Assembly: GCF_000009045.1 (NCBI RefSeq)
Contig: NC_000964.3
Coordinates: 3,660,001 to 3,692,000, forward strand
Length of the DNA stretch: 32,000 bases
From: Bacillus subtilis subsp. subtilis str. 168
GTDB lineage: Bacteria; Bacillota; Bacilli; Bacillales; Bacillaceae
Direction: 5' to 3'
In this document: positions 7,209-18,399 of the stretch, piece by piece
Position numbering within the stretch: position 1 is the stretch's first letter
How the letters are laid out: the number at the start of each line of letters is the position of its first letter
Program-made: the position numbers and the translations under genes
The notes under the pieces: model-generated
What the model saw: only the letters and a program-made list of their open reading frames with translations
What the model was told of the DNA's origin: nothing
Database searches by the model: none

Positions 7209-9911
7209 TCATTTAGCAACTTTATTATTATCTAATTCCAAAATAGCATTATAAATACGATTCCTATTATTTTTATCAGTATATGCAAAAAAGTTATCTA
7301 CTCTTTTTCTATACTTATCTTCCATACGACTATTGTTTTTCATATAATAGATAACTTTATCCACTAAGCTATTATGATTTTCTAATACATCACCAAACCC
7401 CATTTTTTTATAATCATAATAATCAAGTTTAAAATGGTATGACTTTTCGTATTGATAATAAATAACAGGTTTTTTCTCATATGCAAAATCAAACGCAACA
7501 GATGAAAAATCAGTAATCATTATATTAGAAGAATTAAATAGCATTTGATAGCTGCTGTTATAGTCGGCAAACTCCACATAATCATGCTTTTCAAAGTCTA
7601 CAATCTGTTGCTGAATATCTGGGTGAGGAAAAAAAGTTATTTTATAATTATTTTTCTTAGCAAATTCGATTAGCCGTTCATCATTAATCAAAGCATTATA
7701 CCTAGAAAAATATTCACTATCTTTAAATTTCGGGTTGTACGGTCTTACTCCTTTTGCCTGATCTTTCGGTAATACAATATCTTTTCTCCAAGTCGGCATT
7801 ATTAGAAGTTGCTTTTCTCCCTCACTCTTCTTAAGATTATCGTATCTCGGAAATCCACCCAACAAAATATTCTCTTTTTTATAGTTGTAATTCCCTTTCA
7901 CAATAGACCGATATTCAGGTTTGGCAGAAGTGACTAATAATTTGATATTCTTGTTGTATTTGTTTAACCATTCAGAATGATCTGCCATTGTTATTCCGTG
8001 CTGTAAAAAGATAAACTCAAAGTTAAATAAATCTCTAAAATAAATCTCCATATTAAAAAATGGATTTACAACCCATATATCTGCATGTGTCGATATTACT
8101 TTGGAAGAGGATAAGGTTAAAATTTTATGTCTAAAAGATCTGTATGGTATGACCTTTCCATATTTTTTGATTCTGTCGTAATCCTTGCTATCTTTTTTTA
8201 TTATAAAGTATTTTTTTACCCCATCATTCTTGTTGATTGCATATTTAAAGAGGTGCTCGGCATTATCATCAGCTTTGTCTTGTCTGTCTATGAATAACCA
8301 TACTGGTTTTCTATTAAAAATAGTGAAAACATGGTGTACCATTCTTGCCATCAGTGCCTTCTTAATCGCTGATTTTCGTTTTTTTGATTTTTCCCCTGAT
8401 TTATGTAGGGATTTTAAGAAACGAAACTCTTTTATAAATCTATTTTTAAAATTGTTTTTTTTGAACATTAATTTTTTATAATTATAATAAAAAATATAAT
8501 CTTTTTTAGCCACATAAGTATTATATAAATCGTTTGACAAACCTGAATACTTGAAAAAACGAAGTTTTGTCAACTTCCTTTTTTTACCCTTAGTTATAAA
8601 AAACTCAATATGATGATTATCTGCTAGATGACCTTTGGGAATATCTATTGAAAAACCGGGATATTTTTTTATTACTTCTCCTAAACTTATATAATCATTA
8701 TGCTGTCTTTTTATATTCTTTGCTTTTATTTTTGTTTCGCCAATTTTAGCATAAAACTTAAAACCTTTAGAATTAAACAGCGAGCTCCAAAAGCCTTCTA
8801 TGTGAATGGAATCCTCATTTTCTTCTAAAATTTCAATAGTTAAAGTTTGATCCGATAATTTCGAAACAATTTTACCTTCTCTGTATAAATAATAATCCTG
8901 TTCAGTTTCTCTTTCATATACATACCTACTATAATTTTCACCGTGCTTTATTTTTAAAGCATGATATAAATAGAAATGGCTGACACTTTTTGTTTCAATG
9001 ATGACATCGTCGTCAATATACGACAATACTTCTCGAATCAATGTTAAAAATTCACTGTATTCATTTTCGTCTAAAGGTGTTTCACTGATATCCTTAATCA
9101 ATAATTTCCACTTCAAATCATGCATAACCATATATTGAAGAAATAAAGGTATTTTCTGTTCATGATTTTTTATAATATCGATTAAATTCTTTGAGAAAGT
9201 GATAAGTGAATGGTTAAACCAATTCTTATTTGCTTTAGCAGTCTGCATGGCAGATGATCCATCTTCTCTAACTCTATAATGGTATTTTGCCTCTTTAACC
9301 AGACCATACTTTTTCTTTTGCGATATGATTAAATTAACTAGTTTGGCATCTTCACCTATTTTACAATTTTCATCAAACCTGATATTTTTCAAGGCATCTT
9401 TTTTTATAAATGTAGAACAACAATGAGTTAATATATGATGCGGTTCTTTTTCTACATCCAAAATTCTTGTAGAAGAAAACTTATTATTTAGATTATGTTC
9501 TCCAGTTCTTCCTTCTGCAAAAAAAATAGGGATTGCTACAATATCAATTTCATTCTTATGTTCGTCAAAGAAGTTTAAAACATTTTCGAATGTTCCTTCT
9601 GAAACTAAATCATCCGGATCCAAAAATTGAATATATCTACCTTCAGCATACTTTAAACCATAATTTCGAGCACTGCTCACTCCGCCATTCTGTTTCTTTG
9701 CATAGACAATGTTATTGGGATATTTCTGAGCATATTCTTTACAAATGATTTCACTTTTATCGGGGCTATCATCATTCACCAGTATTAACTGAATATTCTC
9801 AAAACCAATAGTTTGGTTAATGATACTTTCTATAGCTTCAGTGAGATACAACTCAACATTATAAATCGGCATTATAACACTGAAATCATAGTTAAAACTT
9901 TTTTCGTTCAT
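7209..9911 (-). CDS. ggaB: Minor teichoic acid [poly(Glc-GalNAc-1-P)] synthesis protein GgaB: N-terminal GT2 glycosyltransferase fused to a C-terminal TagB/TagF-family (CDP-glycerol glycerophosphotransferase-like) domain
   Basis: 900-aa ORF with a TAGGAG SD. The N-terminus FSVIMPIYNVELYL...VNDDSPD...LDPDD gives the GT2 signatures. The C-terminal half carries TagF-family motifs (LQHGITMADH, GFPRYDN, LIMPTWRKD, ITDFSSVAFDF). Size and sequence fit my memory of GgaB. Confidence 0.9.
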   Translation of the reverse strand: MNEKSFNYDFSVIMPIYNVELYLTEAIESIINQTIGFENIQLILVNDDSPDKSEIICKEYAQKYPNNIVYAKKQNGGVSSARNYGLKYAEGRYIQFLDPDDLVSEGTFENVLNFFDEHKNEIDIVAIPIFFAEGRTGEHNLNNKFSSTRILDVEKEPHHILTHCCSTFIKKDALKNIRFDENCKIGEDAKLVNLIISQKKKYGLVKEAKYHYRVREDGSSAMQTAKANKNWFNHSLITFSKNLIDIIKNHEQKIPLFLQYMVMHDLKWKLLIKDISETPLDENEYSEFLTLIREVLSYIDDDVIIETKSVSHFYLYHALKIKHGENYSRYVYERETEQDYYLYREGKIVSKLSDQTLTIEILEENEDSIHIEGFWSSLFNSKGFKFYAKIGETKIKAKNIKRQHNDYISLGEVIKKYPGFSIDIPKGHLADNHHIEFFITKGKKRKLTKLRFFKYSGLSNDLYNTYVAKKDYIFYYNYKKLMFKKNNFKNRFIKEFRFLKSLHKSGEKSKKRKSAIKKALMARMVHHVFTIFNRKPVWLFIDRQDKADDNAEHLFKYAINKNDGVKKYFIIKKDSKDYDRIKKYGKVIPYRSFRHKILTLSSSKVISTHADIWVVNPFFNMEIYFRDLFNFEFIFLQHGITMADHSEWLNKYNKNIKLLVTSAKPEYRSIVKGNYNYKKENILLGGFPRYDNLKKSEGEKQLLIMPTWRKDIVLPKDQAKGVRPYNPKFKDSEYFSRYNALINDERLIEFAKKNNYKITFFPHPDIQQQIVDFEKHDYVEFADYNSSYQMLFNSSNIMITDFSSVAFDFAYEKKPVIYYQYEKSYHFKLDYYDYKKMGFGDVLENHNSLVDKVIYYMKNNSRMEDKYRKRVDNFFAYTDKNNRNRIYNAILELDNNKVAK

Positions 9912-10034
9912 AAAAGATTACTCCTAACATAATGTTTATATGAATAAGAATTCGGGTAAATAAAATTAAGAAACAAGAGAGTACTAATTTTTGCAAAACA
10001 ATTTTAATTTAGTAAAATGTATGAAAAGCATTCC

Positions 10035-11375
10035 TTACCTTTTTTTAAAAACCCTTGTAAGCAAACTTTTAAAAATGTTCACATGGTTAAGTTCTAAAGA
10101 ATCATTTGGTGTTTTTAGTACAAAGTCAAATGCAAAGGCCCAAATCGGTATTTCGACAACAAAACCAGCATATCTAAAATCTCTTAATTTATATCCCCAT
10201 ACTTCAATTGTTTTTTTCAGTTCTTTTCGTTTGCATTTTTTTAATCTTTTAAAATATTTTATATATATTCTGTCATTTTCTTTCATCTCATAATACTGGT
10301 TAATAAAGTGCCCTGTTAATTCAAGTCTAAGCCCTTTTATTTTTGCCGAAGTAACAGTACATGAACTATGCAGTACTCTTTCTTTTTTTATATTTTCAAG
10401 AGCTTCTGTATTTTCTTTTAATAAGTGAAACATAAATTCTTTATAGTACATCGGCATATCTTGTTCTTTTATAAATTGCGGGTCAATAAATTTTAAAACT
10501 TTAATAAAATCATCAACAAAAACTCTTTGTTCTTGTTGATCTAAAACAGACTTATAAACATCTCTATAGTTCGGATATAAAAACAGTTTTATATGATATA
10601 CAATTAAAAATTGCAAATAAGGCAAAACTATATCATATTTGTTGAATGAATCCATCAACAAAGTCATGTAACATTCATTCAACAAATATGTGTACCTTTT
10701 TTTGTTAAACCATGAACGATCAACTAAAGAATCCTGTTCTTTCCGTTTTCTATAAAAATACTTTCCTTCTGCAACTGCTCCGTATCTTTTTTCTTTCAGT
10801 AATAACTGGTTAAAAAAGATAGCGTCTTCCCAAAACTTTATAGATTCATCAAAAAGGACGGTACTAGTTAGTGTATGTCTTCTGTAAAAAGTGCCGCCAA
10901 TATAAAAATGAATAGCTTTATAATCGTTGAGAATATTTATAACTCTTGTTCCTTTTTCAAATCTATTATTTAATTTATGTCCCCCTTCTTTTTCACCTGT
11001 GTAATAAACAGGTAATACCGCAATATTTACATGTTCGGAATCACAAAAAAAATCATAAACACTTTGCAGCGCATTTTGAGAGAATGCATCGTCAGAATCA
11101 AGAAAACCAATAAATTTAGATCTTTCGCTTACATTTGATAATCCACAATTTCTTGCAGCAGAAGGTCCAGAGTTTTCAATTTTCATGATTTTAATATTAT
11201 TAGGATATAGATTTTTAAAGGATTCACAAATTTGAGGACTGCTGTCAACACTACCATCATCTATTAATATCAGTTCTATATTTTCCTTAAATCCAATTGA
11301 CTGGTTAAGGACACTCTCTATTGAATATCTTAAATAATTTTCAGAATTATATATTGGTATAATTATAGAAAACAT
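10035..11375 (-). CDS. ggaA: Minor teichoic acid synthesis glycosyltransferase GgaA (GT2 family)
   Basis: 446-aa ORF with an AAAGAGG SD. The N-terminus MFSIIIPIYNSENYL...IDDGSVD...LDSDD gives the GT2 signatures. It lies directly upstream of ggaB on the same strand. Confidence 0.9.
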   Translation of the reverse strand: MFSIIIPIYNSENYLRYSIESVLNQSIGFKENIELILIDDGSVDSSPQICESFKNLYPNNIKIMKIENSGPSAARNCGLSNVSERSKFIGFLDSDDAFSQNALQSVYDFFCDSEHVNIAVLPVYYTGEKEGGHKLNNRFEKGTRVINILNDYKAIHFYIGGTFYRRHTLTSTVLFDESIKFWEDAIFFNQLLLKEKRYGAVAEGKYFYRKRKEQDSLVDRSWFNKKRYTYLLNECYMTLLMDSFNKYDIVLPYLQFLIVYHIKLFLYPNYRDVYKSVLDQQEQRVFVDDFIKVLKFIDPQFIKEQDMPMYYKEFMFHLLKENTEALENIKKERVLHSSCTVTSAKIKGLRLELTGHFINQYYEMKENDRIYIKYFKRLKKCKRKELKKTIEVWGYKLRDFRYAGFVVEIPIWAFAFDFVLKTPNDSLELNHVNIFKSLLTRVFKKR

Positions 11376-11415
11376 GTTTGTACCTCTTTATTTAGAAGTT
11401 AAAGGATCGTTTCAA

Positions 11416-12106
11416 TTACTCTTTTAGAAGCCTTGCCTCTTCTAAATTACAAAATTTATTATAAAAATCCTCATAGTTATGATCTATATAAGGATTATGT
11501 AACAACTCTTTTACCGTATCTATAAGTTCTTCACTTGTTTGAAGCAAGTTTCCTGGCGTTTTTTGCTGAAAATTAAAGTAAAAACCTCTGATACAGTCTC
11601 TATAAGCCGGGAGATCATACACAAAAAATACAAGGTTTTTTTAAAAATTCATATTATCAAAAAAGACAGAAGAATAATCCATAATCAATAAATCACTAAT
11701 TAAATATAAATCTCGAATATCTTTATTTAAAGAAACATCGTTCACAAAATATTTATATTTCCCTAATTAAATTGTTCTGAAACTGGATAATACCATTCTT
11801 ACAAGAATAACCATAGAGTCTCCAAGGTTCCCTCTTCATTTCCTCTAATCAAATTAAAGTTAAATTTATACTGGCCAGCTTTCTTAAAATTCATTATCCC
11901 GCAAAGTTGGTGCATATAAAATTATTTTTCTTTAATTCCTTATTTGATAATGTAGAATTGGTAGGGGATTGTAGCTAAACTGTTTCCAGAATAGCTTTCA
12001 AATAAAATTAATTTATTGTTTCTTGGCAGAAGGACAAAAATTTTAAACAAAACTGAATAAACTCTAACTAGTAAACTTCTGCAATTGGTTATAATAAAAA
12101 TTTCAT
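11416..12106 (-). pseudogene. Short TagB/TarF-type CDP-glycerol glycerophosphotransferase pseudogene (premature stop, several frameshifts, internal deletion of roughly 140 codons)
   Basis: Reverse strand: AAGGAG-7nt-ATG (12106) AAA TTT TTA TTA TAA. After a frame shift it reads ITNCRSLLVRVYSVLFKIFVLLPRNNKLILFESYSGNS. Other frames read KIILYAPTLRDNEF, DIRDLYLISDLLIMDYSSVFFD and YDLPAYRDCIRGFYFNFQQKTPGNLL...(stop 11416). All of these are recognisable against TagF/TagB in this window (VIFESFNG, KVILYAPTWRDD, DLLITDYSSVFFDF, YRDKLRGFYFDFEKEAPGPLV). Confidence 0.78.
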
Positions 12107-12200
12107 CAGTGAACTCCTTAAAGAGTGAAGATTAATATTTACGCAAACAAGAAAAAAAGAAGCAACTGAATTTACTTCAAGCCTCTTTTAGTTAGTGCTT

Positions 12201-12403
12201 CTATAAACTAGCCATATCTTTTCTGATTTGGGTAGTTGAAATGCCTGCTATTCTTGTAAGGTAAATGGCCTCATAGTATTCCTTTGTAGACAATCGTACG
12301 ATTAAGTAATCCCAGGTTCTTTTGCTCTTTCCAGTAGCTTCATATGTCCATAGTGAAATAAATCAAACATTCCGTACGTATCACTTTCTTCATTAGATAA
12401 CAT
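12201..12403 (-). pseudogene. Glycerol-3-phosphate cytidylyltransferase (TagD/TarD-like) pseudogene: 1-nt frameshift plus an internal deletion of roughly 60 codons
   Basis: Reverse strand: GGAAGGTG SD, then ATG at 12403, giving MLSNEESDTYGMFDLFHYGHMKLLERAKEPG. After a frameshift it reads DYLIVRLSTKEYYEAIYLTRIAGISTTQIRKDMASL*. TagD reads [33 protein letters not shown]...VVYLPRTEGISTTKIKEEIAGL*. The HxGH motif is retained. I counted about 73% nt identity over the 3' 66 nt. Confidence 0.8.
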
Positions 12404-12498
12404 CACCTTCCAACCTTTTCCAACTTAGAAAAAACAAAAATCCTTAACTGATTGTTTATCATTTCGACATATTTTTTACGTTCCATTAATAATAAACA

Positions 12499-12527
12499 AT
12501 AATAGCATATGTTCCTATAAAAGTTAA
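12499..12527 (-). promoter_or_regulatory. Relic or possibly still active tagD-type sigA promoter (TTAACT-N17-TGc-TATTAT) upstream of the tagD pseudogene
   Basis: Positional homologue of the tagD promoter candidate at 21098-21126 (TTAACC-N17-TGc-TATAAT). The surrounding sequence (tcgacatattt..., aatagcata...) is also alignable to the tagD upstream region. Confidence 0.45.
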
Positions 12528-12941
12528 GGCTCTTTAAAAATGTAAATCATCAGCACTTTTTGACAATATCGTTGCATTGATGTGTATTTTTTACAGATCT
12601 GATATCTTATCTATACTCATTACAACAAGTTTTCTATTCCGGAAGAGTCAATTCTTTTTGTCGCGTTTTCAAGTGTAATGATTTTCTTTCTGCTGCGTCA
12701 TTTATTTTGTACGCCCTCCTCATATTACTTCATCGTCAAAACGTGAAGGAATTGTAATACGTAGTTCCTAAAAATTTTCGTGGTAAAATTTAGTGAAGTC
12801 TTTATCAGGCTAAGGGACTTTATCTAAACTACGAATTACATATGGAGATATATAGATGAAAAGGAGGGTTGATATGATATAAACGAAAATCAATTAGATA
12901 AAGGAAAAACTGAACACTTCTGAAAAAAGTGATAAGTTTCT

Positions 12942-15159
<2,218 letters not shown>

Positions 15160-15166
15160 TTACGTA

Positions 15167-15994
15167 TTAAAGAAAGTCAACAAACTTGTCTCTGAATTTC
15201 ATATGCAGGATAGAACCTACTAACAATAAAAGGAATGTGAACAACCAAAAGTACAGCGTGTACTTCATGTCATGGAAAAACCATGCTCCATCTAAGAAGC
15301 TGTTCCGGAATCCTTCAATAATATAGAATAGTGGATTCAACTTCAGAACAGGCACTAATTCGGGGTGGCTTTGACCGAGTTTCGCATTAACATCCCAAAA
15401 AATTGGCAACAAGAAAAACAAAAGTCTTGTTACGGCCTGCAGCAAAAATTGATAATCTCTAATCAGCACACTGATCGTTGAGTTAAACAAACTAAACGAA
15501 AACATAAAAGCAATCATACAGATGAAGTAATAAATATATTGTAACCAATGCACACTCGGGAACACACCATTAACTAGGAGTACAATGATATAAATCACCA
15601 TCATGATCATATAACTAAATAAGTTAGATGCAATTGCCACGGACGGTAGAGAACTAATCGGGAAGTTCATTTTAGCCACCATATTAATGCGCTTAAATAC
15701 ACTATTTGATCCATCAAGTATAGTTGGACTGATGAAAAACCATGGGATTAATCCTGCCAGCATCCAAATAATAAAAGGCACTTCGCCCGCTCCGGTTGTC
15801 ACAGGACCGCCCTTTCTAATCCCCATACCAAATACGAACCAGTAGGCCAGCATTTGGATAAGCGGATTTAAGAACTGCCATAAGACACCTAAATAATTCA
15901 TTTGATATTTAGACTTGGTTTCATAAGCCGCCAATCTTAAAATTAAAGGAAATGACGTTATTTGCTCTCTGAGTATACGCAACAAATCATTCAT
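15167..15994 (-). CDS. tagG: Teichoic acid export ABC transporter permease TagG (ABC-2 type)
   Basis: 275-aa polytopic membrane protein with an AAGGAAG SD. It lies 19 nt upstream of tagH on the same strand. Confidence 0.95.
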
Positions 15995-16063
15995 TTTTTA
16001 TCTTCCTTAGACTTAATTGTTTTTGGGAATCTTTCTGTTTAAAATTTGAAAGCACCGCTGATT

Positions 16064-16092
16064 ATTGTAACAGATCCTGCATTTTTTTTCAC
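16064..16092 (-). promoter_or_regulatory. Candidate sigA promoter of tagGH (GTGAAA-N17-TGt-TACAAT)
   Basis: An extended -10 (TGtTACAAT) lies about 70 nt upstream of the tagG ATG. The same TGtTACAAT is conserved in the relic at 7109-7117. Confidence 0.4.
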
Positions 16093-16105
16093 TTCTCAAC
16101 AAGTA

Positions 16106-16133
16106 TCTAAAAAGCTGCCGAAAAATCGACAGC
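16106..16133 (-). terminator. Candidate terminator downstream of tagF (end of tagDEF)
   Basis: The reverse-strand hairpin GCUGUCG-loop-CGGCAGC has one mismatch and is followed by UUUUUAGAUAC. Confidence 0.5.
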
Positions 16134-16158
16134 TATACATTTTATAAAATAACCTAAA

Positions 16159-18399
16159 TTATTCAGCTTTAAATACAGTATTAACAACCTTTTCAGATGA
16201 ACGTCCTGACTCTAAATAGCAAAACTTATCATAGAAAGGACCAAAAGAAACCGGAAGCTTATAATCAGGCGATGAGATCTGCTTGATAGCCTCAATCGTT
16301 TCTTCAGTAGTTTTTACCAAAGGACCAGGAGCTTCTTTTTCAAAATCAAAGTAGAAACCACGCAACTTGTCCCGGTAGGTTTCGATGTCAGGGACAAAGA
16401 ATAGCATTGGCCGTTTTAAATTTGCAAAATCAAAGAATACTGAAGAATAATCAGTAATCAGCAAATCAGAAACCATATACAATTCTCGAATATCCTCATA
16501 AGCAGAAAAATCATATGCAAATCCTTCAAAAGGACCTAAATCAAAATTCTCAGCTACCAGATAATGCATTCTTAAGATTACAATATATTCATTTCCAAGT
16601 TCTTGTCTAAGTTGATGCAAATCTAAATCGAGATCGAACTTATAACGCCCTTTTGCATAGAACTGATCATCTCTCCATGTAGGGGCATATAAAATAACCT
16701 TTTTATCACGAGGAATATTTAACCTACTCTTTATCAATGATATTGTTTCCTCATTATTATCATTATGAAGAAAATCATTTCTAGGATATCCAGATTCAAT
16801 CATTGTCTTGTTAAACTGAAACGCCCGTGTAAAGATCTCAGTTGAATAACCATTTGGGGAAATCAAGTAATCCCAATTAGAAGCTTCCTTGATAAAATTC
16901 CTTTTATATTTTTTGGTGTTTGTACCAGGCATATGGACTTCTTCCATATCCATTGCAAGTCTTTTTAAAGGTGTGCCATGCCATGTTTGTAAATATGTTG
17001 TATGACTAGGTTTCGGAATCCATAATGGAAGCCGGCTGTTAACAACCCAATACTCAGCTCTTGCCATAGCGAAGAGCCATTTTAATGAGAGGCGATTAAT
17101 GTAAGGAATTCCCTTTTCATCAAAAGGCGCTGAATATTGTTTATTTACACTCCAATACATTTTATACTCAGGGTGGTTTTCCCGCATATATTCGTAAATC
17201 GCTCTCGGATTACAACTGTATTGTTTCCCATTAAAACTTTCAAAAATGACTGTTTTCCTTTTAACTGGCATTCTGCTAGCCATCATGAATAGAGATTTGT
17301 ATGTTTTAGTGATTAACTTGTTTCTCATTTTTGTGATCTTTTTTATTTTTGATACTAATCTCTTCTTCTTTCCTTTAATAAAGTATTTCATCCTTGTTTT
17401 CAGGCTATAGTCGTTTACTCTGATACCTAGAGTCTGCTTTTTCTTTTTCTTAAAGACTTCATAACGAACTGGTGCGTTGTTTGTTTTAATAATACTTACT
17501 AATCCTTTTAATTTGTTTTTTCGATCTCCTAAAACAAGAGCAGTGCTGTTGAACTGAATATCCGTTCCTTCATCGTCATTGCATATATACTCCATAAAAA
17601 GACGATAAACATAACGTTTTTCATTTGAGAAAGGAATTTCTTTCAAAGGCACTTTCACTTCAAAATCATACAGTTCCGGAACAAAACCATCTGCTCTCAT
17701 GTTTTCCAGGCCATGTGTTTTTCTTTCTAGCTTGATTGGAAATTTTTCCTCAATAGGTGTTTCTCCACCCTTTTTTAAAATAAGGTTCAAGTTTTTTATC
17801 CGATATTGATTTTCGGAACTCAGGTACCCCGCATAACCTGTTATGCTTATTTCTTCAGAGCTAATCTCGATTTGATCAAATCTGATGATTTTGGCCTCTC
17901 TTTTCACCTTAATAGAAAAGTTGCCTTTATCAGTTGTATAAGGTAAAATCAAAAGTTCTGTGGTTTGATCGACATGAAAGGCGCGCTCAATTGAATTTAC
18001 TTCAGCAGAAAGACGCTTCAAGAGTGGTTCCTGCTCCGCATCTTCATATTTTTTTCGAAATTCGACATAAAAATCATATGTTTGTCCCATTTCAACAGGC
18101 ATAGGCAAAACATGAGCATTTATCTCAGTTTTATACTCTAATGAGCCAGTGTTTTGAAGCGGAAATTCAGATTCCGTTCCTGAACGTCTCTCTTTCAGCT
18201 TTAAAAATAACTGGTAATCCTCTAAAAATTGGTGTTCTGAATCAATTGAGATTAACAATTCAAGACTTCCTAAATTGTTTTTCAAGCTTTTCAAAATACA
18301 TTTAATCACAGTGTTTTCAATCATTACTTTTTTCTGCTCCTCTGTATAAAAGCTCTTTCCTTTTTGCTTCCTTTTATTAGTGTCAACTACTAAGGACAT
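16159..18399 (-). CDS. tagF: CDP-glycerol:poly(glycerophosphate) glycerophosphotransferase TagF (poly-GroP polymerase)
   Basis: Start set at ATG 18399 (MSLVVDTNKRKQ..., 746 aa). It overlaps the tagE stop by 1 nt (TAATG). C-terminal TagF-family motifs are TWHGTPLKRL, GYPRND, ILYAPTWRDD and ITDYSSVFFDF. Confidence 0.92.
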   Translation of the reverse strand: MSLVVDTNKRKQKGKSFYTEEQKKVMIENTVIKCILKSLKNNLGSLELLISIDSEHQFLEDYQLFLKLKERRSGTESEFPLQNTGSLEYKTEINAHVLPMPVEMGQTYDFYVEFRKKYEDAEQEPLLKRLSAEVNSIERAFHVDQTTELLILPYTTDKGNFSIKVKREAKIIRFDQIEISSEEISITGYAGYLSSENQYRIKNLNLILKKGGETPIEEKFPIKLERKTHGLENMRADGFVPELYDFEVKVPLKEIPFSNEKRYVYRLFMEYICNDDEGTDIQFNSTALVLGDRKNKLKGLVSIIKTNNAPVRYEVFKKKKKQTLGIRVNDYSLKTRMKYFIKGKKKRLVSKIKKITKMRNKLITKTYKSLFMMASRMPVKRKTVIFESFNGKQYSCNPRAIYEYMRENHPEYKMYWSVNKQYSAPFDEKGIPYINRLSLKWLFAMARAEYWVVNSRLPLWIPKPSHTTYLQTWHGTPLKRLAMDMEEVHMPGTNTKKYKRNFIKEASNWDYLISPNGYSTEIFTRAFQFNKTMIESGYPRNDFLHNDNNEETISLIKSRLNIPRDKKVILYAPTWRDDQFYAKGRYKFDLDLDLHQLRQELGNEYIVILRMHYLVAENFDLGPFEGFAYDFSAYEDIRELYMVSDLLITDYSSVFFDFANLKRPMLFFVPDIETYRDKLRGFYFDFEKEAPGPLVKTTEETIEAIKQISSPDYKLPVSFGPFYDKFCYLESGRSSEKVVNTVFKAE

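Noticed and set aside
11416-11622. The 68-aa ORF as an independent small gene.
   Set aside because: It is simply the last intact frame segment of the TagB/TarF-type pseudogene. It is homologous to the TagF C-terminus, and the upstream homologous sequence is frameshifted.
12531-12640. A possible junction where the tagD-like upstream region joins a copy of the gtaB upstream region (ttaaggctctttaaaaatg against ttaaggataaagcttgtttaaaaatg at 5502-5527).
   Set aside because: Only about 20-25 nt of AT-rich similarity support it, which could be chance. It needs a statistical alignment before it can be claimed.
12669-12721. A GAGGAGGG SD-like sequence (minus strand, 12714-12721) followed 12 nt later by a 10-codon ORF (MTQQKENHYT).
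   Set aside because: The ORF is too short and the spacing is suboptimal. It lies in the decayed gtaB' 5' region, and nothing in the sequence supports a leader peptide or small protein.
7209-12900. The AT-rich island as a mobile element, prophage remnant or defence island.
   Set aside because: I found no integrase, transposase, recombinase, terminal inverted repeats, tRNA attachment site, nuclease, ATPase or toxin-like ORFs. All recognisable content consists of teichoic-acid enzymes or their relics.
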